DNA of 64,000 nucleotides from Escherichia coli (GTDB lineage Bacteria; Pseudomonadota; Gammaproteobacteria; Enterobacterales; Enterobacteriaceae): NCBI RefSeq assembly GCF_003334305.1, contig NZ_QOWS01000019.1; one strand, 5' to 3'. Shown piece by piece: positions 1 to 11,765 of this stretch (position 1 is its first letter; each line of letters starts with the position of its first letter). The notes under the pieces were generated by a model. It saw only the letters and a program-made list of their open reading frames with translations, ran no database searches and was not told where the DNA came from. The position numbers and the translations under genes were made by a program.

Positions 1-241
1 AATCGGTGGAGCTGCATGACAAAGTCATCGGGCATTATCTGAACATAAAACACTATCAATAAGTTGGAGTCATTACCTGCTTTTTCGGTTGAAAAGAAAT
101 TGATTGAATTACTGGAAAAACAATCTGGTCTCCATACGTCTGTGGATTGCAGTACTCCCCTTACAGAGCAGAGTCTGTCGAGAAATGACGGTGAAGACCA
201 GACCAGAAGAAACGCTGAAAATATGTTCGGAGATGACTGAA

Positions 242-631
242 CTAACCCAGCCTGGCCAGGGGAATATCTCGCCATTTAGTTGTATAACACTGACTCAACA
301 TTTCCCGTTTCATTTGCCATTCAGGGGCGGTTCCTCGCCCCGCAAACCACACTTTCCCTTTTCCCGACTGGTTCAGTTCATCGAGTGTTTTCATTAACTT
401 TTCACTGTTTTTACGGGGCTGGATTTCATCAAATAATCCCGGCTGCGCTATACCCGATGGTGTGAAATCAGCCAGCATGACTCCTGCCTTCATATAGCGG
501 TACCCTTCACGCCAGACATGGTTTAAGGCTCTGCATGCGGCGGCAATAATGTCCCGGCTGTCCTGTGTGGGTAATGAAAGCTTTTCCACAGCGGCATTGC
601 TGTAACAGGGTTCAGGGGGATGTCCGTACAA
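242..631 (-). pseudogene. UmuC/ImpB-like (Y-family error-prone polymerase subunit) C-terminal fragment
   Basis: 129-aa ORF resembles the C-terminal tail of UmuC/MucB/ImpB proteins (recalled similarity). No catalytic N-terminal domain is encoded upstream, where an IS21-family remnant lies instead. Confidence 0.5.
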
Positions 632-888
632 ATGTCGTCACCTGCCGGCAATACTGACGCTCCCCACGTAGTTTCTCTGCGGCCCGCTCTGCATACTGAA
701 CAACAGCCTGGTGCATGGCATCTTTGTCTGTGATTCGTTCACCAAAACTGCGACTATGTCAACGCCACGATGTTTGACCGTTATTTGCCATTTTCATGCC
801 CGCTAAATACTTTCGTTACTGATGCTGTCCGCTTTGCACCATTTCATCATCACTGATTGGCGTTGTGTTTTTGGTCAGCACTCCAGCT

Positions 889-1245
889 TTACGTTTCTCT
901 TTTAACCGGTAACTCTCTCCTTGTTCTTTTTGACGGACGCATTTTACGTTTGGGCTGGATGTAGTAACGCAGCATGGAACGTCCGCCCGTATAACCCATT
1001 GCCTTAATCTCCGCGAAGATAACCTCGCTATTCCAGACATTCTCTGCCAGGCGCATGTCGATGTAATCCATAAACGGTTTCAGCTTAACCATTTTGTGGC
1101 GGGTCTTTCTGGCTGGCGGTTCAGGGTATTTGAGGTAGCGTCTGACCGTCCGTTCAGAGCAACCAATCTGAGCCGCAATATCGACAATGTACGCGCCCTG
1201 CTGGCGCATTTGCTTTATCATGTAAAAGTCCTCTCTGCTCAGCAT
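889..1245 (-). pseudogene. IS21-family IstA transposase, N-terminal fragment (IS100-like)
   Basis: 118-aa ORF (MLSREDFYMIKQMRQQGAYIVDIAAQIGCSERTVRRYL...) matches the helix-turn-helix N-terminus of IstA; reading frame is lost after about 110 aa, so the DDE core and istB are absent. Confidence 0.75.
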
Positions 1246-1719
1246 GTTGATGTCCTTTCTGGTGTGAGAACCTTAAGGAAACAACATGTTGGGTGGAGCG
1301 GACAATCCAAATGGTGAATTACCGTCTTATATCACTGGCGCTGACACCTGTAGTTTGTATACACAATCCCTGGCATTGAAACACACATATGAAGTGTACT
1401 TCGGATATGACCGTACGCTCAGGAAGTACGGCAGATTCCGTCAAAAATTACCTGTAAAGACAGACATCAGAAAAAACAGTGCTCGCCGCAGACCGGTGAC
1501 CGGGCGAAGCCCGCGAACCGGCGAGGAAGCGCAATGTATCTGTAGTTACAGGGAGCAGGTACGCCCTGAAGCCCTTTCATAAAACGGTTGTGTGCGCTGT
1601 CCTTCTGGAATGATTTATCCACATATCCGGAGGCCCGATCCAGTAAACAGATCCATGAATGATCAACAAAGGATCCATTAAAGATCCCCATATCGCTGCA
1701 AACCTTGTCACTCATGGGC

Positions 1720-1850
1720 CGGGACCACGATCACATAAGCTGTGGCATGTTACTGATAAACTGTAACATGCTAATGATAAGCTGTATTCAGTAATCCATA
1801 TACTGAAGTAAGTTAATGACATAAACTATGGTCAGTATGCCAGACTCAGT
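1720..1850. repeat. RepFIB iteron cluster upstream of repA (inverted orientation)
   Basis: Several 15-18 bp repeats sharing the core ACAGCTTAT/ACAGTTTAT (for example cacataagctgtggc, gataaactgtaac, tgataagctgtattcag, gacataaactatggtcag). Confidence 0.65.
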
Positions 1851-1990
1851 TGTTAAATACAGGCTGCAGGTTTTTCTTCAGTCAGTTAGCGGAGTTCTGA
1901 CACACGATTTTCTGTTTATTCTTTTACTGTCCACAGGCTGGAGGCTTTCTGGAAAACGAAAATTCAGACATCAAAAAACTGTTCGGCGAG

Positions 1991-2968
1991 GTGGATAAGT
2001 CCTCCGGTGAGCTGGTGACACTGACACCAAACAATAACAACACCGTACAACCTGTGGCGCTGATGCGTCTGGGCGTTTTTGTACCGACCCTTAAATCACT
2101 GAAGAACAGTAAAAAAAATACACTGTCACGTACTGATGCCACGGAAGAGCTGACACGTCTTTCCCTGGCCCGTGCTGAGGGATTCGATAAGGTTGAGATC
2201 ACCGGCCCCCGCCTGGATATGGATAATGATTTCAAGACCTGGGTGGGGATCATTCATTCCTTTGCCCGCCATAACGTGATTGGTGACAAAGTTGAACTGC
2301 CTTTTGTTGAGTTTGCAAAACTGTGTGGTATACCTTCAAGCCAGTCATCCCGCAGGCTGCGTGAGCGCATCAGCCCTTCCCTGAAGCGCATTGCCGGTAC
2401 CGTGATTTCGTTTTCCCGTACCGATGAGAAGCACACCCGGGAATATATCACCCATCTGGTACAGTCAGCTTACTACGATACTGAGCGGGATATTGTGCAG
2501 TTACAGGCCGATCCCCGCCTGTTTGAACTGTACCAGTTTGACAGAAAAGTCCTTCTCCAGCTTAAGGCGATTAATGCCCTGAAGCGACGGGAGTCCGCCC
2601 AGGCACTCTACACCTTTATAGAGAGCCTGCCCCGGGATCCGGCACCGATATCGCTGGCGCGGCTGCGTGCACGCCTCAATCTGAAGTCTCCTGTATTTTC
2701 CCAGAACCAGACGGTCAGACGGGCAATGGAGCAGTTGCGCGAGATTGGATATCTTGATTACACGGAGATCCAGCGGGGGCGGACAAAATTCTTCTGTATT
2801 CACTACCGGCGTCCCCGGTTAAAAGCGCCGAATGACGAGAGTAAGGAAAATCCGTTGCAACCTTCACCTGCGGAAAAAGTCAGTCCGGAGATGGCGGAGA
2901 AGCTTGCCCTGCTTGAGAAACTGGGCATCACGCTGGATGACCTGGAAAAACTCTTCAAATCCCGCTGA
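1991..2968 (+). CDS. repA: RepFIB replication initiator protein (RepA of P307, RepB in F nomenclature)
   Basis: 325-aa ORF recognised as the RepFIB initiator; flanked on both sides by iteron arrays. Confidence 0.9.
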   Translation: MDKSSGELVTLTPNNNNTVQPVALMRLGVFVPTLKSLKNSKKNTLSRTDATEELTRLSLARAEGFDKVEITGPRLDMDNDFKTWVGIIHSFARHNVIGDKVELPFVEFAKLCGIPSSQSSRRLRERISPSLKRIAGTVISFSRTDEKHTREYITHLVQSAYYDTERDIVQLQADPRLFELYQFDRKVLLQLKAINALKRRESAQALYTFIESLPRDPAPISLARLRARLNLKSPVFSQNQTVRRAMEQLREIGYLDYTEIQRGRTKFFCIHYRRPRLKAPNDESKENPLQPSPAEKVSPEMAEKLALLEKLGITLDDLEKLFKSR

Positions 2969-2969
2969 A

Positions 2970-3240
2970 CATAAACTGTAGTCAGTGAAGAGCGCTCCTT
3001 TACTGACTACAGCTTATATTAACCGGTGCAGTGAGTGGTCTGCTCACTGCAGTTTATATTCTGTTTCCTGCAGTGCTGTCTGTAGCTGAGCTGCCATCTG
3101 CCTGTCCCTTACGTAAGTGATCCCGTAACCTGATGCTGAGGCATTGCTCCCTTCATAAAACATGACTTACTCACTACAGCTTATATACATGCTCCAGCTT
3201 ATGTTATGTCTGTTCTGCTGACCACAGCTTATATAAGGAA
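2970..3240. repeat. RepFIB iteron cluster downstream of repA
   Basis: Direct repeats ctgactacagcttatatt (about 3003), ctcactgcagtttatatt (about 3043), ctcactacagcttatata (about 3171), ctgaccacagcttatata (about 3217), plus one inverted copy near 2972. Confidence 0.7.
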
Positions 3241-3252
3241 GCGCGTATGCCG

Positions 3253-3993
3253 TCACCTCAGGGGAGGCAGTGTACGCAGGATCTCCGCAGCATCCCGCCC
3301 GTCACCTGTGAAAGGCACTGCCAGCGTGGCAGCCATATCCAGTGCAAACACTCTGGTATAAACCTCCATCGAACGTGGATCCCTGTGACCAGCCAGTGCC
3401 TGGATGACTTTCCGGGGCTGGCGGTGATAGAGCATGTGCATGATATAGCTGTGCCGGAAGGTGTGTGGTGTGACCGGAATCGAAAAGTGTACTCCGTCAG
3501 CTTCGGCCCGTCTGACAGCCTGCTTCAGCCAGTTGCGCATGGTTTCGTCGGTCACGGCCCATAATGGTTCACGACGACGGGGCCGGGTGGTGATCATCCA
3601 GCTTTCCATCTGCCTGACATAGCTTATATCTGTCAGCGGAACCAGGCGCACTTCATCTTTTGGCGGGCGTCCGCGTCGCGCACGCACTTTTTCGGACAGG
3701 ATCCGCACAAACGGTCTTACTCCATTCAGGTCAAATGATTCCGGCGTCAGCATCCGGGCTTCGCCAATACGCATTCCGGTATTCCAGAGGGTGGCGAACA
3801 GCATATGGTGACGCTGATCCGGCATATAGAAAAGAAGGGCACTCACTTCCGGGGCCAGCAGGTAGGCCGGTGTGGCCCCCGTGGAAGTGGCCATTCTTCT
3901 CAGGGAGAGCGCTGTTGCAAAATCCACCCCCGGCGCAATGGGTAACAGGGAGACGCGTTCTGGTGAATTCTGCAGGGGAATGACATTGTTCAT
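3253..3993 (-). CDS. int: Tyrosine site-specific recombinase (RepFIB-associated integrase/resolvase)
   Basis: 246-aa ORF with the C-terminal catalytic region typical of tyrosine recombinases (HTFRHSY...AGHRD...EVYTR); adjacent to the RepFIB replicon. Confidence 0.8.
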   Translation of the reverse strand: MNNVIPLQNSPERVSLLPIAPGVDFATALSLRRMATSTGATPAYLLAPEVSALLFYMPDQRHHMLFATLWNTGMRIGEARMLTPESFDLNGVRPFVRILSEKVRARRGRPPKDEVRLVPLTDISYVRQMESWMITTRPRRREPLWAVTDETMRNWLKQAVRRAEADGVHFSIPVTPHTFRHSYIMHMLYHRQPRKVIQALAGHRDPRSMEVYTRVFALDMAATLAVPFTGDGRDAAEILRTLPPLR

Positions 3994-4675
3994 GAGTTAT
4001 TTTTCACGTAGCACACGCACTGTTTATGGATACAGGTATTCTGACCTGAACGCCCGGATCCTTCCACGACAATAAATCGCAGCGCGCGGATCCTTTTGTT
4101 TGATTATCACGCATTATTGCGGGTAAAACCAAATACGTAAAGGCGCATTTTGCCGCTGGGATCCCGTCTTAAGCCAGTCATGGTGCGGGCTGAGGGCTGG
4201 TTTACTGTTTTTGGGAGAATTGGGGTAATGCCAGGACAGGCAGAAACGGAGAAAAAATCCTGCAGACGCCCTTAAAAGACAACTGAAAATTTCTGACTCC
4301 ATATTCCTCTGGTTTCAGACTGCTTAATCACATCATCAACCTGATACATAACAAACAGATTCTGTTCACAGAATGAACAATTAAGTAAATGGTTAGATTA
4401 TGCGAAAAAGTACAGATATTTCTCACCATCGTTATTGAATAATATGTCTTCACACAAACAATATTAATATTTTGAGTGTAAGCCCTGACTCAAAGAAAGA
4501 AATGTCTGTTTTCGGAATCAAAAATATATAGTTATCAAAATACATTAATTTCAAATTTGAAATTAATGTAAAACGATTTAGTAAATGTTATGATATTATA
4601 AATCTACTCCTCCATGTTTAGAGGAGTATTTGCAGACTGGACGCTCTTATATAGTTACTTACCTTTATACATATT

Positions 4676-5584
4676 CTAACATAAGCATTTACCAACCTTA
4701 CAGGGAACAGACCATAGTAGTTTATATTTCCATTCAGGTCTGAATGCACCGATAGAATATATCATCTTTTTATTATTATCCTGACAATACCTTCGCGCTT
4801 TATCTATATTCAGCCACATAAGGACACTTCCCGGACTTAGTTTCATGCAATTCTCATCATTCAGAACTGCACCATTTGGAACGTCATAATAAACATTACA
4901 TGAGCTTTCAGATTTCAGTACTATATCAATAGCACACGGTTTATTATCCCAGAATAGCACATGGCCAAACATAAGTTCTCGTAAGTGAGAAATAAACATT
5001 AACAGATTATCATATTCGTAGCAAGGTAGGGTACCTCCAAACCGGGAATGAAAAAGTGATATATAAGAGCTGGATATTTCTTTATCGGATAACTGGCTTA
5101 TACACTTAATCTCTCCGCCATTCCTGATAAATCGCTGGATTTCATTTCGGCGAGTTTTTTCAAATTTAGGTGAAAAAGATTCCTTTATAATACAATTTTG
5201 TTTTTTTCTGGCTATTTTCCATGTTGCATTGATAATATTTTGTTTATTTATAATTGATAATTTATTAGTTTTATCCGGAAAAAAACATCTTGCATGTGGG
5301 GAAAAAGGAATTAATACCTCATCAGATGAAAGAGGATAAGACCTTCTTGCCATTATCCCAATTTGTTTTCCATTGCACAGAAAATATGAGCCTTTGATAT
5401 CACCATCTTTTTCATAGTGAAAAAAATCAAACTTCCAGTCATGATGTATCATAAAGTATGAAACAACATCCGGATGCATGTTTACACTACCACCGTATTT
5501 TTCAAAAGTTTTTTTGTACGTTTCGAATGTAGATGGTTTCCAGGCCGTAATAATGCGCTTTATATTTTTAATTGACAAAGTCAT
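4676..5584 (-). CDS. mig-14: Mig-14-like protein
   Basis: 302-aa, low-GC ORF immediately downstream of hlyF on the same strand; the call rests on recalled similarity to Salmonella Mig-14 and on synteny with ColV plasmids. Confidence 0.5.
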   Translation of the reverse strand: MTLSIKNIKRIITAWKPSTFETYKKTFEKYGGSVNMHPDVVSYFMIHHDWKFDFFHYEKDGDIKGSYFLCNGKQIGIMARRSYPLSSDEVLIPFSPHARCFFPDKTNKLSIINKQNIINATWKIARKKQNCIIKESFSPKFEKTRRNEIQRFIRNGGEIKCISQLSDKEISSSYISLFHSRFGGTLPCYEYDNLLMFISHLRELMFGHVLFWDNKPCAIDIVLKSESSCNVYYDVPNGAVLNDENCMKLSPGSVLMWLNIDKARRYCQDNNKKMIYSIGAFRPEWKYKLLWSVPCKVGKCLC

Positions 5585-5646
5585 ATCCTCGGCGTTTTTA
5601 TATATTATGAGTGCAACACCAACAATAATTCTGATTATGATAAATA

Positions 5647-6756
5647 TTATTTAAAATCAACTTCCATTTGTTGTTGAATTGAAAGGTGTTTTGTCGTTTC
5701 TATACAGTATTTAATATAATCAGTAAACTTTGGCGGTTTAGGCATTCCGATACTCAGTAGCTTGTCGTTACTGAAACAAACATTGAGCATACTGAACGCT
5801 CCATATAAACGAATGGCTTTTAACATAAGGCGTTCGTTACAGGGACCAAAAATATTTTTAAAATCATGACGGCTCATTGCCAGTATGTCATAACTGACTT
5901 TAGTATATCTGTCTCCAACAGGATCACAGTTCAAAGCACGGGCTACAGCTTCGTCAATAGCAGAGAACGTCACACTACTTTCTTTACCTGCTGATATATG
6001 AACAATCTCACCATTAATTAACGAGCTTTCAAGCAACATTAGCAATGCATCAGCACAATAATCTACAGGGATAACATCTATTTTATCATCCAGAGAGCAC
6101 ATAAATTTTTGCAACATTAACCCCATTCTGAATACCCAGAAAATACTGGTTGAAGGTAAGCACCCTAAACGACTGTGGCCAACAATAATTGATGGTCGGG
6201 CAACCAACAAAGGTAAATCAGGACACTGCTTACGCATCAGATATTCTATTGTTGCTTTTGAATGCGTATACTCCACTAAATGTTCACCTGTTTCTGATGA
6301 AGCAGACTCTTCCTTAACTAGCGACCCCGTATGAGGTGTACAAGACATAGCAGTACCAACATGAAGGAAGCGTTTCAGTCCTGCCACTTTTGCCATTCTT
6401 CTTGCAAAAGCAAGTGTACCTGTAACATTCACATTCCATATAAAAGGATTATTACCAAAAGAAGCTATAGCCGCACAGTTTATAACATGAGTGACTTCAT
6501 CAAGACGAGGATCCATGAGAAAGGCTTCCGGATTATTTAGATCCCCAGGCAAGATGTTATCATTAGTTAATGCATGCAACCTTTCCTCACAAACATTAAA
6601 TTTACGCATATTTTCTTTAATTCTTTCCAGTCCCGCTTGTGGAGTAGGTGCTCGTACTAAAAGTAGCAAATTTATATTATTACAGTTATCCAGCAGCTTA
6701 TCCAGGACCGCGCCACCAAGAAATCCTGTTGCACCTGTAAGTAATAATAATTTCAT
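5647..6756 (-). CDS. hlyF: HlyF, NAD(P)-binding epimerase/dehydratase-family (short-chain dehydrogenase-like) protein
   Basis: 369-aa ORF with N-terminal Rossmann motif LLTGATGFLGG; low GC; recognised as ColV-plasmid hlyF by length and context next to plasmid ompT. Confidence 0.8.
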   Translation of the reverse strand: MKLLLLTGATGFLGGAVLDKLLDNCNNINLLLLVRAPTPQAGLERIKENMRKFNVCEERLHALTNDNILPGDLNNPEAFLMDPRLDEVTHVINCAAIASFGNNPFIWNVNVTGTLAFARRMAKVAGLKRFLHVGTAMSCTPHTGSLVKEESASSETGEHLVEYTHSKATIEYLMRKQCPDLPLLVARPSIIVGHSRLGCLPSTSIFWVFRMGLMLQKFMCSLDDKIDVIPVDYCADALLMLLESSLINGEIVHISAGKESSVTFSAIDEAVARALNCDPVGDRYTKVSYDILAMSRHDFKNIFGPCNERLMLKAIRLYGAFSMLNVCFSNDKLLSIGMPKPPKFTDYIKYCIETTKHLSIQQQMEVDFK

Positions 6757-7188
6757 ATCTAACCTCTTTTGTTTTCATGTGATCATTATAAAAATAAATT
6801 ATCTTACATAAACAATGATTAAACAAAATCAAGAGAGATTAAATGTAAAAACAATGTTTATTTTTATACGGCAGAATCCTTCAGGTTATTGCGTGTGTTT
6901 TTATTGGATGGTCTTCTTATTATTGACGAGTAATAGAATTATAATAAAGTTCATATTGTTAACATCGCTTATCAATTATTTTTATGTCGATAACACTGTG
7001 TCGTTATGCATGAAGAGTGGCAGGGCAGCATCTTTAAAAATACAAGAGTTAACAGAAACACTTTTATCGTTGAGCACATATACCCTCCACATATTATAAA
7101 AAATCAAAAGACCACCATCAGAAGTGCTGGCCTTTTGTTTATCATATTTAAAGTGTCATGAAAAAGTTAAAAACAGGCATGCTTCAGG

Positions 7189-8148
7189 TTAAAAATAATA
7201 CTTCAGACCAGCTGTGGTCATAAAGTTATAGCTTTCAATGCCTGCACCATTTTTGGTGTGATCAGATATATTCAAATTTCTGGAGTACAGAGAAGTATCA
7301 CCTTTCTTATTAGTAATACGGTTCCATGTTCCTTCGACATAAACTTTAGCTGCAGGTGTAATATAATAACCAGCATGTAGTGAGACAGAGTAATAGTTCT
7401 GATTATTTACATCGCTACGATAGGTGATCCTTTTCTCAGGGTTGTAATGCTCATCATTATCCGATGCCTTCACCCATCCGCTATATTTGAAACTCCCCCC
7501 GAACTCAAAGCTATCATACCGATAATTACCGGTTAACCCTATATAGGGCATTTTAAAGTGTTGTTTGTAGCCTATAGCTCTTTCACCATCTGGAAATGAT
7601 CCCGTTTCATCCCGGAAGCCTCCCTCACTACTATAGATATAAGAGCCTCCTTTTGCTGTAAAGCTATAACGATTTTCCTGGTAACCAGCCATAAGACCTA
7701 ACTGATAGTCTGGTTGATTCAGGAGCCATCCCTTAATATTCAGGTCGAATTCATTAGCAAAATTTAGACGGGTATTCGGATGTTTACTCTCATCAGTCCA
7801 GGTTCCGGGATTGCTCGTATCCAGCCAGTCCCTGTCCACCATATTGCCTCCACGACCAGCTAATGTTGTCCACCCTGAGGCACCGACAGATACTCTGGGT
7901 AACAGATCCCAGTTAAATGCCCCCTTGACAATTGGCGCATTACTGTATTTCCAGTCCAGCTGGCTGGCTTTGCGCCCTTTTTCTTCAGGCAGATAAACCC
8001 GTTCTTTGGCCTTGCCACTTAAAGTGCCAAAATCAATCTCCGTACTGATTTTCTCCGGTGTAAAAGAAAGCCCAGTATCAGAAGCCAGTGCAGCAAACGC
8101 TACAGGAGCTGAGAGTGCAGTAGCAAGAATCTTTAAGTACATAGACAA
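7189..8148 (-). CDS. ompT: Omptin-family outer membrane protease (plasmid OmpT)
   Basis: 319-aa ORF with signal peptide and omptin beta-barrel sequence. Confidence 0.9.
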   Translation of the reverse strand: MSMYLKILATALSAPVAFAALASDTGLSFTPEKISTEIDFGTLSGKAKERVYLPEEKGRKASQLDWKYSNAPIVKGAFNWDLLPRVSVGASGWTTLAGRGGNMVDRDWLDTSNPGTWTDESKHPNTRLNFANEFDLNIKGWLLNQPDYQLGLMAGYQENRYSFTAKGGSYIYSSEGGFRDETGSFPDGERAIGYKQHFKMPYIGLTGNYRYDSFEFGGSFKYSGWVKASDNDEHYNPEKRITYRSDVNNQNYYSVSLHAGYYITPAAKVYVEGTWNRITNKKGDTSLYSRNLNISDHTKNGAGIESYNFMTTAGLKYYF

Positions 8149-8236
8149 GTTAACTCCATTCCACTCGTTTGTTTTTGATAAATATTTTTTTATTTACTCG
8201 TAGTAGTCAACTGAAAAATGCTGTTTTGTTTAACGT

Positions 8237-8635
8237 TTGTTTACAATGTGGCCACATGTCGCTTTATTTATTCCCTTTTATGTCAGAATATCAGGGGAGT
8301 CAGTCAAACCCGGTATGATTACTGCCCCGGTCATCCATGTTCCAGAAAATATCAGGGCATACAGGGCGCTGGTAACTGCGAATAAGGCCCTGGTCGGACA
8401 CTTTATGCCGGGAACGTCTGTAACGTGGAAACCGGTACCTTCTTCCTGGGGTTATTTTGTTAACTCTTATCTAAAGGGAGACAAAATGGCCAAATCCTGC
8501 GATTATGAAGCAATCAGGGTCTTTATTAGCGTTAATGTCGGCAAATATACCAATAACGCCATTACAGTTAATTATTCAGATAGCGTTTGTGCGACAAGAC
8601 ATTACCATTCGACGAAAATAAACTCAGGTGGTTGA
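8237..8635 (+). CDS. Hypothetical protein (unrecognised)
   Basis: 132-aa ORF in an AT-rich spacer between ompT and IS remnants; no family recognised and the coding status is uncertain. Confidence 0.2.
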   Translation: MFTMWPHVALFIPFYVRISGESVKPGMITAPVIHVPENIRAYRALVTANKALVGHFMPGTSVTWKPVPSSWGYFVNSYLKGDKMAKSCDYEAIRVFISVNVGKYTNNAITVNYSDSVCATRHYHSTKINSGG

Positions 8636-9424
8636 TATCAGAAATCAACCGTGGCTCCACCTACAAAAAAAGTTGCTGGTTTATAAATCCCTCCTTTCTG
8701 ATTAATAAGAAAACTAATAACATATGAGTGTGATTACTTGTTCAGATAAGTTAATTATCTTAGTGATTGATATTTATTTTGTTTCAGTGAAAATGATGCT
8801 TTTATTAGAAAATTTATAAATACCAAGTCGGTGGTGTTTATTAGTGTAATGGAGGGGAGTGCGTAAATCGTTCATGTAACACTTCCTTCCAATAATACTT
8901 TATAAATCAATAGATGTATGATTACTTATTTCCTGAAATATCATATATATTGCTATATTTCTTAACGAGATATTCTTATTTTATTGATAATTGCATCTCT
9001 TTTATTTAATGTAAAGCTTTCTTATTAATCTTCTAATGTATTGCAAAATGGTAGATGCTGAGTAATCAACAGACTTGTATGTAAAGTCAAGATTAACGTT
9101 GCTAAAGCACGCATCAATTTTCTGATAAAAGGATGGGGTTGTTTTTTTCGATAAAAAAAATTCTTGTCTAACCACTGGTGAAATAAGATTATTATTACCC
9201 CGAATTAATACTGAGCCTAACAATAGAATACAAAAAAAACAAAATGCTTTAAATAAGGGGAGCACTATAAGTTATCCTCTTTACTTTATGCTTACCAACT
9301 CATTTATGTTACTTTATAACATAACCCATCTTGCGTTGTAAACAGACTCGTTTTAGTTCCATGCACCTTTTGAGATCGTGACCAAATAATGGCGTTAGTG
9401 ATGTTCTTCCAGTGTCATATGGTT

Positions 9425-9702
9425 AAGTAGTTGATATGGCGTTCACTGTTATATTCTGACAACCAGTTTGCCGCCAGTTCCCGCTTTTCATCCAGCGTTC
9501 TGAACAGACAAAAACCGAGTATTTTTGTTCGGTATGTCCGGTTAAAACTCTCGATAAAAGCGTTCTGCGCCAACTTACCTGATTGGGTAATCTCCAGTTT
9601 TACTACATGTTTTTCTGCGCATTACGTCCGTGTTGGATAAAAAAAATCCTGGCCATAATCTATGCGAATCATAGCTGGATAGACATGGTTTTCCGCAATC
9701 CT
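9425..9702 (-). pseudogene. IS3-family transposase OrfB C-terminal remnant (frameshifted)
   Basis: Minus-strand translation gives ...NAFIESFNRTYRTKILGFCLFRTLDEKRELAANWLSEYNSERHINYLTI, the conserved C-terminal region of IS3-family OrfB; directly abuts the IS629 left end. Confidence 0.5.
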
Positions 9703-9756
9703 TGAACCGCCCCGGGAATCCTGGAGACTAAACTCCCTGAGAAAGAGGTAAACAGG

Positions 9757-10083
9757 ATGACTAAAAATACTCGTTTTTCCCCCGAAGTCCGTCAGAGGGC
9801 GATTCGTATGGTTCTGGAAAGTCAGGGCGAATATGACTCACAGTGGGCGGCAATTTGTTCCATTGCCCCAAAGATTGGCTGTACACCGGAGACTCTGCGT
9901 GTCTGGGTACGCCAGCATGAGCGGGATACCGGAGGCGGTGATGGCGGGCTCACCACCGCTGAACGTCAGCGTCTGAAAGAGCTGGAACGTGAAAATCGTG
10001 AACTGCGCCGCAGTAACGATATCCTTCGCCAGGCTTCCGCTTATTTTGCGAAGGCGGAGTTCGACCGCCTCTGGAAAAAATGA
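9757..10083 (+). CDS. IS629 transposase OrfA
   Basis: 108-aa ORF with helix-turn-helix and leucine-zipper region, recognised as IS629 OrfA. Confidence 0.85.
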   Translation: MTKNTRFSPEVRQRAIRMVLESQGEYDSQWAAICSIAPKIGCTPETLRVWVRQHERDTGGGDGGLTTAERQRLKELERENRELRRSNDILRQASAYFAKAEFDRLWKK

Positions 10084-10970
10084 TGCCACTGCTGGATAAG
10101 CTGCGTGAGCAGTACGGGGTCGGACCGCTATGCAGCGAACTGCATATTGCCCCGTCAACGTATTACCACTGTCAGCAACAGCGACATCATCCGGATAAAC
10201 GCAGTGCCCGTGCGCAGCGCGATGACTGGCTGAAGAAAGAGATACAGCGCGTATACGATGAAAATCACAAGGTATACGGTGTGCGTAAAGTCTGGCGTCA
10301 GTTGTTACGGGAAGGTATCAGAGTGGCCAGATGCACTGTGGCACGTCTCATGGCGGTTATGGGACTTGCCGGTGTTCTCCGTGGTAAAAAGGTCCGTACG
10401 ACCATCAGCCGGAAAGCCGTTGTCGCAGGCGACCGCGTAAACCGTCAGTTCGTGGCAGAACGTCCTGACCAGTTGTGGGTGGCTGATTCTACTTACGTCA
10501 GCACATGGCAGGGGGGCGTCTATGTGGCGTTCATCATTGATGTGTTTGCCGGATACATCGTGGGGTGGCGGGTCTCATCGTCTATGGAAACGACATTTGT
10601 GCTGGATGCTCTGGAGCAGGCGTTATGGGCCCGTCGACCGTCCGGCACAGTCCATCACAGTGATAAAGGTTCTCAGTATGTATCGCTGGCCTACACACAG
10701 CGGCTTAAGGAAGCCGGATTACTGGCATCAACAGGAAGTACAGGCGACTCGTATGACAACGCGATGGCGGAGAGCATCAATGGCCTTTACAAAGCGGAGG
10801 TAATACACCGTAAGAGCTGGAAAAACCGTGCAGAAGTGGAACTGGCCACACTCACGTGGGTGGACTGGTATAACAATCGACGATTGCTGGAAAGGCTGGG
10901 CCATACTCCTCCGGCAGAAGCAGAAAAAGCTTATTATGCTTCCATCGGAAACGATGATCTGGCAGCCTGA
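10080..10970 (+). CDS. IS629 transposase OrfB (DDE integrase core)
   Basis: 296-aa ORF overlapping orfA by 4 bp; integrase-core sequence (HSDKGSQY...[13 protein letters not shown]). Confidence 0.85.
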   Translation: MMPLLDKLREQYGVGPLCSELHIAPSTYYHCQQQRHHPDKRSARAQRDDWLKKEIQRVYDENHKVYGVRKVWRQLLREGIRVARCTVARLMAVMGLAGVLRGKKVRTTISRKAVVAGDRVNRQFVAERPDQLWVADSTYVSTWQGGVYVAFIIDVFAGYIVGWRVSSSMETTFVLDALEQALWARRPSGTVHHSDKGSQYVSLAYTQRLKEAGLLASTGSTGDSYDNAMAESINGLYKAEVIHRKSWKNRAEVELATLTWVDWYNNRRLLERLGHTPPAEAEKAYYASIGNDDLAA

Positions 10971-11143
10971 GTTCACAGATAAAACACTCTCCAGGAAACC
11001 CGGGGCGGTTCACCTACAGAGTACCGCTACCACTTGTGAAGCTGGCAGATTCAGATTGTTTTCAATCGACAACGCCTCATAGTTAAAGTCATCAACGACA
11101 TTGAACGTGTGAAGTGGTCAACAAAAACTGGCCACCGAGTTAG

Positions 11144-11551
<408 letters not shown>

Positions 11552-11574
11552 TCATAAGACCTGGAGGAGTGTAT

Positions 11575-11765
11575 GCTCCGTCGCAGTAATTACCACGATA
11601 CGCTTGCAGAATTTTTTCCAGTTACTGAAGCGTGAACGGATAAAGAAAAAGCTCTTCGGAACGCGGGAAAACGCCTCCAACGATATTTTTGAACATCGAA
11701 ATGTTTTATAACAATAAGCGTCGGCATGGTTCCTGCGAACAGATGTCAACAATAGAATATAAAAA
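11575..11765 (+). pseudogene. IS3-family transposase OrfB C-terminal remnant (frameshifted)
   Basis: Plus-strand translation gives ...QLLKRERIKKKLFGTRENASNDIFEH / IEMFYNNKRRHGSCEQMSTIEYKNNYYQQLG across one frameshift. Confidence 0.4.

Larger units (their letters stand above)
9703..11012 (+). mobile_element. IS629 (IS3 family), apparently intact, with 3-bp target duplication CCT
   Basis: 1310-bp element beginning TGAACCGCCCCGGGAATCC and ending with the inverse GGTTTCCCGGGGCGGTTCA... arrangement; overlapping orfA/orfB; CCT at 9700-9702 and again at 11013-11015. Confidence 0.8.

Noticed and set aside
1286-1715. ORFs of 98 aa (plus) and 82 aa (minus) between the IS21 remnant and the RepFIB iterons
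   Set aside because: No recognisable domain, overlapping each other, and located in a junction region; likely non-coding or remnant.
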